Assembly: GCA_049682975.1 (NCBI GenBank)
Contig: JBAUIN010000044.1
Location: forward strand, 1-60,693
DNA from: Pontixanthobacter sp.
Lineage (GTDB): Bacteria > Pseudomonadota > Alphaproteobacteria > Sphingomonadales > Sphingomonadaceae
Reading direction: 5' to 3'
Length of the DNA: 60,693 nucleotides
Positions 10,282-19,178 of the stretch are shown piece by piece; positions within the stretch are counted from its first letter, which is position 1; every line of letters begins with the position of its first letter. Under the pieces are notes generated by a model. That model saw nothing but the letters and a program-made list of their open reading frames with translations, made no database searches and was not told where the DNA came from. A program made the position numbers and the translations under genes.

Positions 10282-10761
10282 TCACAATCGCTCGCCCTCC
10301 ATCGCCGGCTGCCTCCTGATGGCTTTCGAGGTCCGATCCCGCATCTTTTGCGTATGTTGCTTGCCGTCTTGAGGCTCCGGCTGAAGGGGCGCCGCTTCGT
10401 CAATATCCGACGAGAGCAATGCGTCGATCAACTCACCTTTAACATCCAGATCGAGTCCCAAACCATGAACCAGCACGCTGCGAAGACAGCTGTCGCGGTC
10501 CGCACAGGCTTCGATCGCAGGGCGTCCGGCGAACAAACGACGAGGCACCAGCATCCAAGCCATGGGGTCGGCCGTGTTGCCTTCGCGCTGGAACCTGGCT
10601 CCAACTTCGGTGGCGATCAACGCGATCCGCACCAGTTCCCGCTTGGTCAGTTCGACGGTCTCATCATCGACATCATTATGATCCAACGGATCGAGCGCCC
10701 ATGAACCGGCTGCTGCATATTGCGGACAACCGGTCCGTTCGGCACGTTCGTCTTCAGCCAT
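10282..10761 (-). CDS. Hypothetical protein with Xre/MbcA/ParS antitoxin C-terminal-like motif
   Basis: AWMLVPRRLFAGRPAIEAC resembles the W-x-x-x-P...GR-x-P motif. Strong AAGGAGG RBS. Confidence 0.6.
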   Translation of the reverse strand: MAEDERAERTGCPQYAAAGSWALDPLDHNDVDDETVELTKRELVRIALIATEVGARFQREGNTADPMAWMLVPRRLFAGRPAIEACADRDSCLRSVLVHGLGLDLDVKGELIDALLSSDIDEAAPLQPEPQDGKQHTQKMRDRTSKAIRRQPAMEGERL

Positions 10762-10826
10762 ATTGATCCTCCTTAACCTGTGCGTGCGGAGACAGATCGC
10801 AACGCCTGACCGGAGATATAGCGATG

Positions 10827-10865
10827 GTGTTTCAATGTTTCAAGAGTATTGAAACATTGAAACAC
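10827..10865. promoter_or_regulatory. Perfect 17-bp inverted repeat operator
   Basis: GTGTTTCAATGTTTCAA-gagta-TTGAAACATTGAAACAC, upstream of the minus-strand gene run. Confidence 0.8.
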
Positions 10866-10998
10866 AGGCCAGAGAGTTTCTATCGATATAACAGAGTGTT
10901 AGCTGTTTGTTATAGAACTAGAGCAACGCGCAACCAAACTGGGATGGTGGCAAATTGTCGTTCTCGGACAGCTCACGGTAATCGCGAATTTTCCACAG

Positions 10999-11033
10999 GT
11001 TTCAAGGTTTCAAGGTTATTGAATAATTGAAAA
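10999..11033. promoter_or_regulatory. Second, degenerate copy of the operator, upstream of the ArsR gene
   Basis: GTTTCAAGGTTTCAA-ggtta-TTGAATAATTGAAAA, same architecture and 5-bp spacer. Confidence 0.7.
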
Positions 11034-11061
11034 GGCAGTCGTGTAGGTCTATCGTCTGTTC

Positions 11062-11346
11062 ATGAAGAAAACGCAGCAAACGATGGCGTTCAACGCCTTG
11101 TCCCAACCCAACCGACTTGCGCTGTTTACCGCAATCTCGAATTCGGACGACGGTCTCAATACCACGGACGCCGCGAAGGCAGCCGGAACGTTGATAAATA
11201 CAGCCACAGTGAATCTAACGCTCCTCGAAGCGGCCGGGCTCATCGACTCCACCCGCAAGGGCCGTTCGGTCATCCACCGTGCGAAACCGAAGGCGGTGAA
11301 AAAACTGGCGCAATTCCTTCTCGATATTGTCGATGGCAAAGATTGA
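11062..11346 (+). CDS. ArsR/SmtB-family HTH regulator
   Basis: AFNALSQPNRLALF...LLEAAGLIDSTRKGRSVIHR. No cysteines. Confidence 0.85.
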   Translation: MKKTQQTMAFNALSQPNRLALFTAISNSDDGLNTTDAAKAAGTLINTATVNLTLLEAAGLIDSTRKGRSVIHRAKPKAVKKLAQFLLDIVDGKD

Positions 11347-11465
11347 CGTTCAACGCATATGACCGGCAGCAGCCGCTAGATCAGCTATCCTCGTCCATCC
11401 GCCGTATTATCGGTCGAATGTCGTTCAGCGGAAAGTCTTAACTTCTGTCTTGGTAAACGACCGTA

Positions 11466-12158
11466 ATGTTCAGGTTTCTCATTCTTTCGGCTGGCGCTCT
11501 GCTGTCTTCCGGAACAGCGTCTGCCGAAACAATGGCGGGAAGCGCCACGGTCGTCGACGGTGACAGCCTGGCTTTGGAAGGCCGATCCATTCGCCTGTTC
11601 GGCATAGATGCGCCTGAAACCGACCAGACATGCCAGCGCGACGGGGAAGTCTGGTCATGCGGATTGGAATCAACGTCGCAACTGGCCGCGCTGGTCGAAG
11701 GACAGATCATCACCTGCCAGATCACTGGTATTGATGGATACGGTCGTTCGATAGCGGTGTGCATGGCCGGTTACTTCGAAATCAACGAAACGATAGTCGA
11801 ACAATGTTGGGCGACGGCATTCCGAAAATACTCTTCGGACTACGTTGCCGCCGAAACCCGTGCACGTTCAGCGCGCGCCGGTCTCTGGTCATCGCAGTTC
11901 GAACTGCCGGAGCATCACCGGCTTGCGAAGCGTAACGCAGCAGCGAGTTCCGTGACTGAAGGCAACCGCAGCGAACAGTCCCGATCACCGTCCGGCCATG
12001 ACGGTTCCTGCACGATCAAGGGGAACCGCAATCGCAGGGGTCAGTTGATCTACCATCTGCCCGGTATGCCGTATTACGACGTGACACGACCTGAGGAAAT
12101 TTTCTGCTCTGAAGCAGCAGCGCGAGAGGCAGGATATCGACGATCGATCGTTCGCTAG
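11466..12158 (+). CDS. Secreted thermonuclease (SNase) family protein, ExoI-like
   Basis: Signal peptide, VVDGDSL, RLFGIDAPE, YGRSIA, C-terminal IKGN...IYHLPG...FCSE...AGYR. Confidence 0.9.
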   Translation: MFRFLILSAGALLSSGTASAETMAGSATVVDGDSLALEGRSIRLFGIDAPETDQTCQRDGEVWSCGLESTSQLAALVEGQIITCQITGIDGYGRSIAVCMAGYFEINETIVEQCWATAFRKYSSDYVAAETRARSARAGLWSSQFELPEHHRLAKRNAAASSVTEGNRSEQSRSPSGHDGSCTIKGNRNRRGQLIYHLPGMPYYDVTRPEEIFCSEAAAREAGYRRSIVR

Positions 12159-12303
12159 CGTCGTTTGAGCGCGCCGGTGTTAAATAGTCCTTTGGTGGCG
12201 GTTCCAATCCTCTACCAGCTGGAAAGTCACAAATCGCACATCTGTCCGGAAGCACGATGAGCTCAGTCTGGACGCGTAACTAGCTGGTCTCCATATCGGA
12301 TGA

Positions 12304-12963
12304 ATGTGCAACCTATACCACCATTCCGTCAGCTCATCGGATGCCCGCCTCTTCTTCGCTAACGCGGGCTACGGGTCGGCCAGCACTACGATCGGCGACA
12401 ACCATGAACCGGCGTATGTCGGTGCGGACGCTGACGGCCCCATCTTCGCAGTCGAGGACGATGCGGTCGTATTGCGCAGACGGCGTTGGGGTTTCCCGTC
12501 CTGGAAAGATGGGGGCAAGCCGATCACGAACATCCGCAATCTCGAAAGCAGCTGGTGGCGGGGTGCCAATGGTGAATACATCACCGATCCTGCATATCGA
12601 TGCCTCATACCGTTCGACCGCTTTGCCGAATGGGATGCGTCAGCGAAGCGAAACGCATGGTTCTCGGTAAATGCGCCGCAGTCGTTTTTTGCGGGATTCT
12701 GGCGCCCGTGGAAGGGGGAACGGCTGAAGTCCGTGGAAGGGAAAAAGCGCCGTGAGCGACAGATTGCTGATTGGGAACTGTTCGCATTCCTCACGACCGA
12801 ACCCAACGATACCGTGGCGGCGATCCACCCCAAGGCGATGCCGGTGATACTGACCAAGTCCGAGGAAGCACAGCGTTGGCTCAGTGGTGGAGAAGAAAGC
12901 CTAAGCCTGCAGAGACCTCTGCAAGACGCGATGATCGACCAGTCTCCATACGACGAAGGTTGA
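12304..12963 (+). CDS. SOS response-associated peptidase (SRAP/HMCES/YedK family)
   Basis: N-terminal MCNLY (Cys2), RCLIPFDRFAEW, LTTEPN, IHPKAMPVIL. Confidence 0.93.
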   Translation: MCNLYHHSVSSSDARLFFANAGYGSASTTIGDNHEPAYVGADADGPIFAVEDDAVVLRRRRWGFPSWKDGGKPITNIRNLESSWWRGANGEYITDPAYRCLIPFDRFAEWDASAKRNAWFSVNAPQSFFAGFWRPWKGERLKSVEGKKRRERQIADWELFAFLTTEPNDTVAAIHPKAMPVILTKSEEAQRWLSGGEESLSLQRPLQDAMIDQSPYDEG

Positions 12964-13138
12964 ACCCGAACGGGCGTCCGAACTGGCGACCTTCTTAGGC
13001 TGAAGATCTACCGAATTGGCATCGCCACATGAGCATGCGGTGCTTCGGCCGGCCGGCCATGTCCAGTGTGCTCGAGCGTAGGTCGCTGGCGCACCCCTCG
13101 TTTCGACGGCAATCAATTCAACGATAAAGGAGAAGACG

Positions 13139-13447
13139 ATGATCAGCTATAAGATGGCTGTGCTTTGCGATGGGCTCTGTCCGCCAATCCCGAATTCAAG
13201 CCAAACCGATCCGCTGGAATTGAAGGAGTTACTTCGGGCAGAACAGCTTCCCATGGCGAGCGAAGTCTCTATTGAACTGTGGTTTGAAGGTAGGGTCTTC
13301 GCGCATTGCGTCACGATCGTTGCCGAAGTGCTTACCTGGGACATCGAAAGGTCAGCATTACCGCGACCCACGCTTTCCAGTTTGACCCATGGAGCGGCGG
13401 TTAATCCGCTAACTGACTTGCCGCTGATGGAAACAGCCTTTTCCTGA
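13139..13447 (+). CDS. Hypothetical protein
   Basis: 102-aa ORF with AAAGGAG RBS; no recognised motif. Confidence 0.5.
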   Translation: MISYKMAVLCDGLCPPIPNSSQTDPLELKELLRAEQLPMASEVSIELWFEGRVFAHCVTIVAEVLTWDIERSALPRPTLSSLTHGAAVNPLTDLPLMETAFS

Positions 13448-13460
13448 TGCTTAGCACATA

Positions 13461-14336
13461 TCAGTTGAACGGTGCGTCAGCATTCCGATGGACCCCAACT
13501 TTAGCGTAGGACGCCAAATCCTCCGCATCCCAAATCGCCACCGCAAATTTCTTCGCTTCGATTGCAGCCGGGTTCGTTACCCCGTTCACGACCAGCAACA
13601 TCGGTGACGCTTCTGACGAACTGCATACGCCTGCTATCTCACGCACCGCGGATACTGAAACAGGTTTGGCGTATCCTTTGCACTGACACCAGAATTGCTT
13701 CGAACCCTTACACAGCACCAGATCGATACCACCATCACCGGTGGTTGCCGTCGTTCGAACCGTCCAGTCTTTCTCCTCGAACAATCGTGCCGCTGCGACC
13801 TCCAATTCAACACCGCGCAACGCCTGCCAGAAACCGGCACCAGTCACCTTCGTGTTATACTCATGGTCAGCCAACGCGTTGCGAAAAGCTGCGACCTTGC
13901 GCCGGGTGCCGTCAATATGCGAAATGAATGTGGCGATCTTGACCGCAAAATGATGTCCCCGCACCAATACAAAACCGGCACATAGAAAAGCGGTATTCAC
14001 AACGAAAGAGGCCAGCAGACCGGACAGCCCATCTTTCCAAGTCATATTCATGATTGCGAGTAAACACGCGATCACCGCAAGGCCAATCGCACATATTGCG
14101 AAAGTGCGCATTCGAATGGCGGCAATCATTTCGTCATGCGCGACCAGATCGAAATGAGCCGGCAATCCGAACGCGGTAATCTGGGGACCCTGTTTGCGGT
14201 CGGGTTGCAAGTCGGGTTGCAAGTCGGGTTGCGCACGTTCCTGCCCAGGATTGGCAACCACATCCCTTTCGAGCAGCACTGGCCTGCGCCTGCCGACCGA
14301 TCGATGCGACATAACGATGCGCGATTTCAAACCCAT
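13461..14336 (-). CDS. Membrane-anchored Mrr-like restriction endonuclease
   Basis: Two hydrophobic helices followed by Mrr_cat: ELEVAAARLF, GDGGIDLVL, CQCKGY, VREIAG. Start uncertain. Confidence 0.8.
   Translation of the reverse strand: MGLKSRIVMSHRSVGRRRPVLLERDVVANPGQERAQPDLQPDLQPDRKQGPQITAFGLPAHFDLVAHDEMIAAIRMRTFAICAIGLAVIACLLAIMNMTWKDGLSGLLASFVVNTAFLCAGFVLVRGHHFAVKIATFISHIDGTRRKVAAFRNALADHEYNTKVTGAGFWQALRGVELEVAAARLFEEKDWTVRTTATTGDGGIDLVLCKGSKQFWCQCKGYAKPVSVSAVREIAGVCSSSEASPMLLVVNGVTNPAAIEAKKFAVAIWDAEDLASYAKVGVHRNADAPFN
14199..14232. repeat. 12-bp tandem repeat (GTCGGGTTGCAA x ~2.8)
   Basis: Seen directly; encodes QPDLQPDLQPD in the Mrr ORF. Confidence 0.9.
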
Positions 14337-14466
14337 TTCGTTATAGTAGCCTGAAGGAATTAAATCCTCGTTTCCGCTACCGCGCCAAAGCGTTCAATTC
14401 GTCGTCCTTCCCGAAGTCACACCAAGGCGCCGACTTCGCCATGGCCGAACATCAACACGCCAACGT

Positions 14467-15726
14467 TCAACGAGCCGATGGAATCTCTGCCAGCCGTGTG
14501 GTCCAGCAAGGGCTTTTCATAGAACGTTTCGTATCATGCGACCGCGTGCCGTGACCAGCCGATGCAATCGTTATAGTGGTTCTACCGAACCGCTCATTCA
14601 GACCATCCATCGCGGCCAGCAACTCCTTGCCTCTCGGGTCTGCAAATGCGAACAAGTCACCCTGTCCGGCTTCGGCCTCATGCAAGCCTTCGAGCATAAC
14701 ACCGCATTTCGTGTATACATCGCCAGCCGCGAACATCGCATCCGCCATCCGGCCCGCTAGTCCGCCGATCACACGAGGATCATCACTTGCTGGTGATATG
14801 GTAGCCGAACGGCTGTGCGACGGCGCTCCAGGCTTAAATCGACTTCCGTGCGCGAACGCTATCAACCGGGCGGCGACCAAACCCTGCGCACGGATCTTCT
14901 CCGCGGCCCGTACGGCCCGGCGCACCATGGCCTCGCGCAGCACCGTCTGCTCACTGACCGGTTCCGCGAACATCCGTGTCACCGCAGTATTCTTCAACTT
15001 GTCCGGCTGCGGAGTGAAGCCATCGCACTCAATGCCATTCAATTCGCGGACCAGACGTTCCATGACCACCGTGCCGACATCACGGGCCTGCGCAGCAGGA
15101 AGGGCAGCCAAGTCGGCAGCCGTGCGGACGCCTAATGGCTTCAACCGTTTGGCCATCTGCTTCCCGATGCCCCAGACCTCTTCCACCGGCCATTCGCGGA
15201 ACAGACGTGCCCGCAATTCTTCATCGTGCAGGTCGATGACTCCGCCCCAGACCCGTTCCGATGCCTTCGCCAACGCGTTCGCCACCTTCGACAACGCCCG
15301 GGTCGGGCCCAGACCTACCCGTGTCGGCAACCCGGTTTGCTGCATCACGGCGCGGCGCACTTCGTGTGCGGTTGCCACGTCGCCCAGACCGTTGGCCAAT
15401 ACCGGCAAGCGGAAGAATGTCTCGTCGATCGAGTATATCTCCACCAGGTCGCTGTATTCGCTGATCACCTGATTGAAGCGTCTGTTCATGTCGGCATATA
15501 ATTCGTAGTTCGAACTGCGCAATTCGATGCCGTGCCGCTTGATTTTGTCACGCATCAAAAACACCGGTGCTCCCATCTTGACGTGCAACGCCTTGGCCTC
15601 CTCGGATCTGGCTATCGCACAACCATCGTTGTTGGACAGGACACAGACTGGGACCTGGCGGAGCGACGGGTCGAACACCCGCTCGGATGACACGTAGAAG
15701 TTCGTTATATCGAGGATGGCCCACAC
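14467..15726 (-). CDS. umuC: Y-family DNA polymerase V subunit
   Basis: DITNFYVSSER, VLSNNDGCAIARS, SSNYELY, YSIDE, C-terminal SPCWTTR. Confidence 0.93.
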   Translation of the reverse strand: MWAILDITNFYVSSERVFDPSLRQVPVCVLSNNDGCAIARSEEAKALHVKMGAPVFLMRDKIKRHGIELRSSNYELYADMNRRFNQVISEYSDLVEIYSIDETFFRLPVLANGLGDVATAHEVRRAVMQQTGLPTRVGLGPTRALSKVANALAKASERVWGGVIDLHDEELRARLFREWPVEEVWGIGKQMAKRLKPLGVRTAADLAALPAAQARDVGTVVMERLVRELNGIECDGFTPQPDKLKNTAVTRMFAEPVSEQTVLREAMVRRAVRAAEKIRAQGLVAARLIAFAHGSRFKPGAPSHSRSATISPASDDPRVIGGLAGRMADAMFAAGDVYTKCGVMLEGLHEAEAGQGDLFAFADPRGKELLAAMDGLNERFGRTTITIASAGHGTRSHDTKRSMKSPCWTTRLAEIPSAR

Positions 15727-15732
15727 AGGCGG

Positions 15733-16179
15733 TCAGCCGATGACGTTGCGAATGCTGGCACGGACCACGCCCCAGACCTCAACATCCTCGTCACACCGAA
15801 CAGGATTGGCGTTCATTGAAGCGTTGCGTGCTTCGAGATAAGGCACATTGCCGCGTACGACCATCTGCCGGATGACGAACCCACCATCGACGATCGCAAT
15901 CACGATCGATCCGTTTGCCGGCTTGCGATCCCTATCCACCACGACGACATCCCGGTCGAAGAAGCCGGTATCGCGCATCGATTCGCCCGATACCCTGAAC
16001 ACGAAGCTTGCCGCGCGGTCGAGGCGCAACAGTTCGATCAGATCAAGGGTCGGATCCTCCCAATCCTGTGCCGGGCTGGGAAAGCCAGCGCCCGCTGCAT
16101 CGACTATCCGCAGCTGCAGATCGTCGGGCAGGCATGAGATGGGGGTAGGGCGGTCAAGTTCGAGAGACGATAATAGCAT
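15733..16179 (-). CDS. umuD: S24 autopeptidase UmuD
   Basis: AGFPSPA cleavage motif, VSGESM, VWGVV; directly upstream of umuC. Confidence 0.92.
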   Translation of the reverse strand: MLLSSLELDRPTPISCLPDDLQLRIVDAAGAGFPSPAQDWEDPTLDLIELLRLDRAASFVFRVSGESMRDTGFFDRDVVVVDRDRKPANGSIVIAIVDGGFVIRQMVVRGNVPYLEARNASMNANPVRCDEDVEVWGVVRASIRNVIG

Positions 16180-16201
16180 GCAGGACTTATAGGACGCGCC
16201 A

Positions 16202-16216
16202 GAACAAATACGGAAC
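16202..16216. promoter_or_regulatory. Alphaproteobacterial LexA box
   Basis: GAAC-aaatacg-GAAC (GAAC-N7-GAAC) just upstream of umuD. Confidence 0.85.
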
Positions 16217-16479
16217 AGGTTTGTTCGAAAAATTTAACGCGGCGGTTTGCTTCGGCTGATGGATAAGCCGATAATGGTGTGGGTTGTTCAGAAAACACCA
16301 TCGCGCCGAATACAAATTGCAAGCTGCGCGCCACCCTTTACGTTAGACGGAATGAATTGTCGGCCACCATCGAACTTGGAAGTAACTGGTCAAACGTTCG
16401 ATGCTGGCGCCTATCGCCTTAAGTCCCGTATCGCGTCCGGTGTAGAGAATTGCATGGCTGGACAGCTGGTGCAACGCGA

Positions 16480-16674
16480 ATGATCTCTCGCGATCGAGAG
16501 CTGTGGGGCATGGCATTATGGGTCGAACGTAAACACGGCTCCGACGGGCTAAACCATATTCACGAGAAGATCGAAAGTCTGAAGGCTTCCGGTGAGCACG
16601 ACGGTGTCGAACTGTGGATTGAAGTCGCGATGCGGTATGAGCAATTGCTGTGGCCGATAGGGTGCTTGAACTGA
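16480..16674 (+). CDS. Small sphingomonad protein (DUF6961-like)
   Basis: RDRELWGMALWVERKHG...GVELWIEVA pattern. Confidence 0.7.
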   Translation: MISRDRELWGMALWVERKHGSDGLNHIHEKIESLKASGEHDGVELWIEVAMRYEQLLWPIGCLN

Positions 16675-16828
16675 CTCGTGCTGCACATTGGACGAAATTG
16701 CGAATGTGGCACCGGCCCTCAACCTCGTAGAGCCACCAAGACTAGCTTGGATGGCGAACTGTCCAGCCCGTGGTAGTAACTGTCGCAGTGCTATCCGCGC
16801 ACAATGACAACAGGAAGAAGGGATATTC

Positions 16829-17647
16829 ATGAAAACAACCAACCCTTCAGTGCCTGACAGGACGCGTCTGCTCGTGTTACTCGGATCATTCCTTCTGTTC
16901 GTCGCCTATTGGCTGATCTTCGCGCTCACGACAGTTGATGGAATGGCCCGTGCTGCATGGGCTGCGATGTTCAATACGGTTCCCGCGATCGGATTGGCGA
17001 TCATCGCTCATCTAGTTCTGGAACGCCATGTTTGGCCCGCTCGCTTCCTGGTGCGGGTCGCCAGCCAGATTCCGTTCGCGCTGGTGTTCGCCATCACATG
17101 GTATGTGGCGATACTCGTCATACGGGAACTGCGAGAGGGTAGCCTGTCCCAAGGTCTGGCGCTGCGGGGTTTCGCACCGGTCGCATTCATCTGGCAAATG
17201 TTCCAAGGCGTCACCTTCTATGCGCTGGCCGCGCTCGCCAGTCTTTCAATCGTCCTCGGCAGACAGGTCCGTCAGATGAAGGATGAAGCCGACCATCCTG
17301 TATCCGACGGCGGTAACGGTGCTGCTACGACCTTCCTGATGCGAACGACTGAAGGGTCGGAAGCCATTCCCGTGGATGACATCAGCACAGTCACGGGTGC
17401 GGGCGATTATACGGAAGTCACGTTGCCGGGACGGAAGATCATGTCGACCACGACATTGGCGCAGTTCGAAACACGCTTGCCTGCGGATCGGTTCATAAGA
17501 GCGCATCGATCGCATATCGTCCGTCTGGGGGCGATCGAGCGAAGCGAACCGGCAGGGAACGGGAAGACTGTCCTCCATCTTCGCGATGGCCGCACGATCA
17601 CGACGAGCCGGGCCGGCACGAAGCAATTGCGCGACGCCTCACTGTAG
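16829..17647 (+). CDS. Membrane-bound LytTR-family regulator
   Basis: Four TM segments followed by GAGDYTEV...FIRAHRSHIV...SRAG. Confidence 0.9.
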   Translation: MKTTNPSVPDRTRLLVLLGSFLLFVAYWLIFALTTVDGMARAAWAAMFNTVPAIGLAIIAHLVLERHVWPARFLVRVASQIPFALVFAITWYVAILVIRELREGSLSQGLALRGFAPVAFIWQMFQGVTFYALAALASLSIVLGRQVRQMKDEADHPVSDGGNGAATTFLMRTTEGSEAIPVDDISTVTGAGDYTEVTLPGRKIMSTTTLAQFETRLPADRFIRAHRSHIVRLGAIERSEPAGNGKTVLHLRDGRTITTSRAGTKQLRDASL

Positions 17648-17746
17648 GAGTGTCACTTCGCGGTTAGTGTTTGTCGGTTCACAGAAAAACGGCAGAGTTC
17701 ATACAGAATCGATCCATTCGAGCTTCTCGAAACGAAGGAGACTCTT

Positions 17747-19123
17747 ATGCGCCTGCCGACCATCCTGACCTTATCGATATTGTGCGTCTTCATCCCTGCT
17801 GCAGCCAACGATGAACGCCAATTCGGGTTCGAGAACGTGAAGGTTCGCACGATGGATGAGGGCAGGATCATTGCGGACGGCCACGTTATCGTGCGTGATG
17901 GTCTGATAGCCGCCGTCGGTGAAGGACCGCTGCCTGACGAATATGACGGCGAACGTGTGAAAGGCTCGGCCGAAGCGACACTGATGCCTGGCCTAGCCGA
18001 CATGCATGTGCATTATTACGAGAGCGACATCGGTGCAGCCTATCTCGCGAACGGCATCACGACGGTGCGCAACCTGACGGGCAGCGTCTTTTCCGATCGC
18101 CGTGACCAAGCGGCGCGGGACGGCACTCTCATCGGACCGCGGGTATTCACGAGCGGACCGATTATCGCGGGAGGCGAAAGCTTTCCGAACGACTTCTTCG
18201 TGCGCGCAAGATCACCGGATCAGGCGATCGGCGCCGTTCGTAGTCAGGCGCGCAGCGGCTACGACGCGGTGAAACTGTATGAGTGGCTCGACGCCGAAAC
18301 CTATCGTGCCGCCGTAACCGAAGCCCGCGCCAATCGGATGAAGATCTACAGTCATGTGCCCGGCAGCATGACGATCGGTGAACTGCTCGACCTGAAAATC
18401 GACAGCATCGAACATCTTGATGGCTTTGCAGAAGTATTGGTGAAAGACGGATTCTCCTTAAGCCGGGACGATGCCTACGCAGAACGCTGGGCGAACGTGG
18501 ACACCGCCAAGTTCGACGAATGGGCAGAACGCACGGCAGCGTCGGGCAGTTGGATGGTCCCCACCTTCGCCATCACCTACGGACGCTTACGATCTTCCGA
18601 TCCGGATGCGTATTTCGCACAGCCTGAAGCAGCCATTCTGCCAACCTGGGCCGAAACTTGGCGCCAGACGGCGTTGGGTTACGAGACCGATAGGCCATTC
18701 TTCGACAAATGGCTGGTCAACAAGATCGCCTTCACGAGCGCATTGAAGGACGCTGGCACGAACATCCTCATCGGCACAGACGGACCAAATCCCTTCGTCA
18801 CCCCAGGCTACGCCATTCACGATGAGCTGAATGCCTTCGTGTCCGCAGGCTACACCACGGAGGAGGTGCTTCGCATCGCGACGGTCGAGGCAGCGCGGTT
18901 CTTGGGGAAGGAGGGGAAAATTGGTGTCATCGCCGTCGGTGCGAGAGCGGATCTTGTCTTATTGAGTGCAGATCCGGTCACCAACCTGGATGTCCTACGG
19001 AATCCCGAAGGAGCGATGGTCGCTGGTAATTGGTGGACCCGCCTCGCGATAGATGACGCGCTCGATGCGAGGAAGAAGCGTATGAAAGCGCTACGGGTTG
19101 AACCGGATCAACCATCACGGTGA
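17747..19123 (+). CDS. Secreted amidohydrolase family protein
   Basis: Signal peptide, MPGLADMHVH, SIEHLD, IGTDG, ADLVLL. Confidence 0.92.
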   Translation: MRLPTILTLSILCVFIPAAANDERQFGFENVKVRTMDEGRIIADGHVIVRDGLIAAVGEGPLPDEYDGERVKGSAEATLMPGLADMHVHYYESDIGAAYLANGITTVRNLTGSVFSDRRDQAARDGTLIGPRVFTSGPIIAGGESFPNDFFVRARSPDQAIGAVRSQARSGYDAVKLYEWLDAETYRAAVTEARANRMKIYSHVPGSMTIGELLDLKIDSIEHLDGFAEVLVKDGFSLSRDDAYAERWANVDTAKFDEWAERTAASGSWMVPTFAITYGRLRSSDPDAYFAQPEAAILPTWAETWRQTALGYETDRPFFDKWLVNKIAFTSALKDAGTNILIGTDGPNPFVTPGYAIHDELNAFVSAGYTTEEVLRIATVEAARFLGKEGKIGVIAVGARADLVLLSADPVTNLDVLRNPEGAMVAGNWWTRLAIDDALDARKKRMKALRVEPDQPSR

Positions 19124-19178
19124 ATTCCGCGAACGGCCGCAAAACCCAACCTTATCAATTTGAAAAGCCGAACAAACG

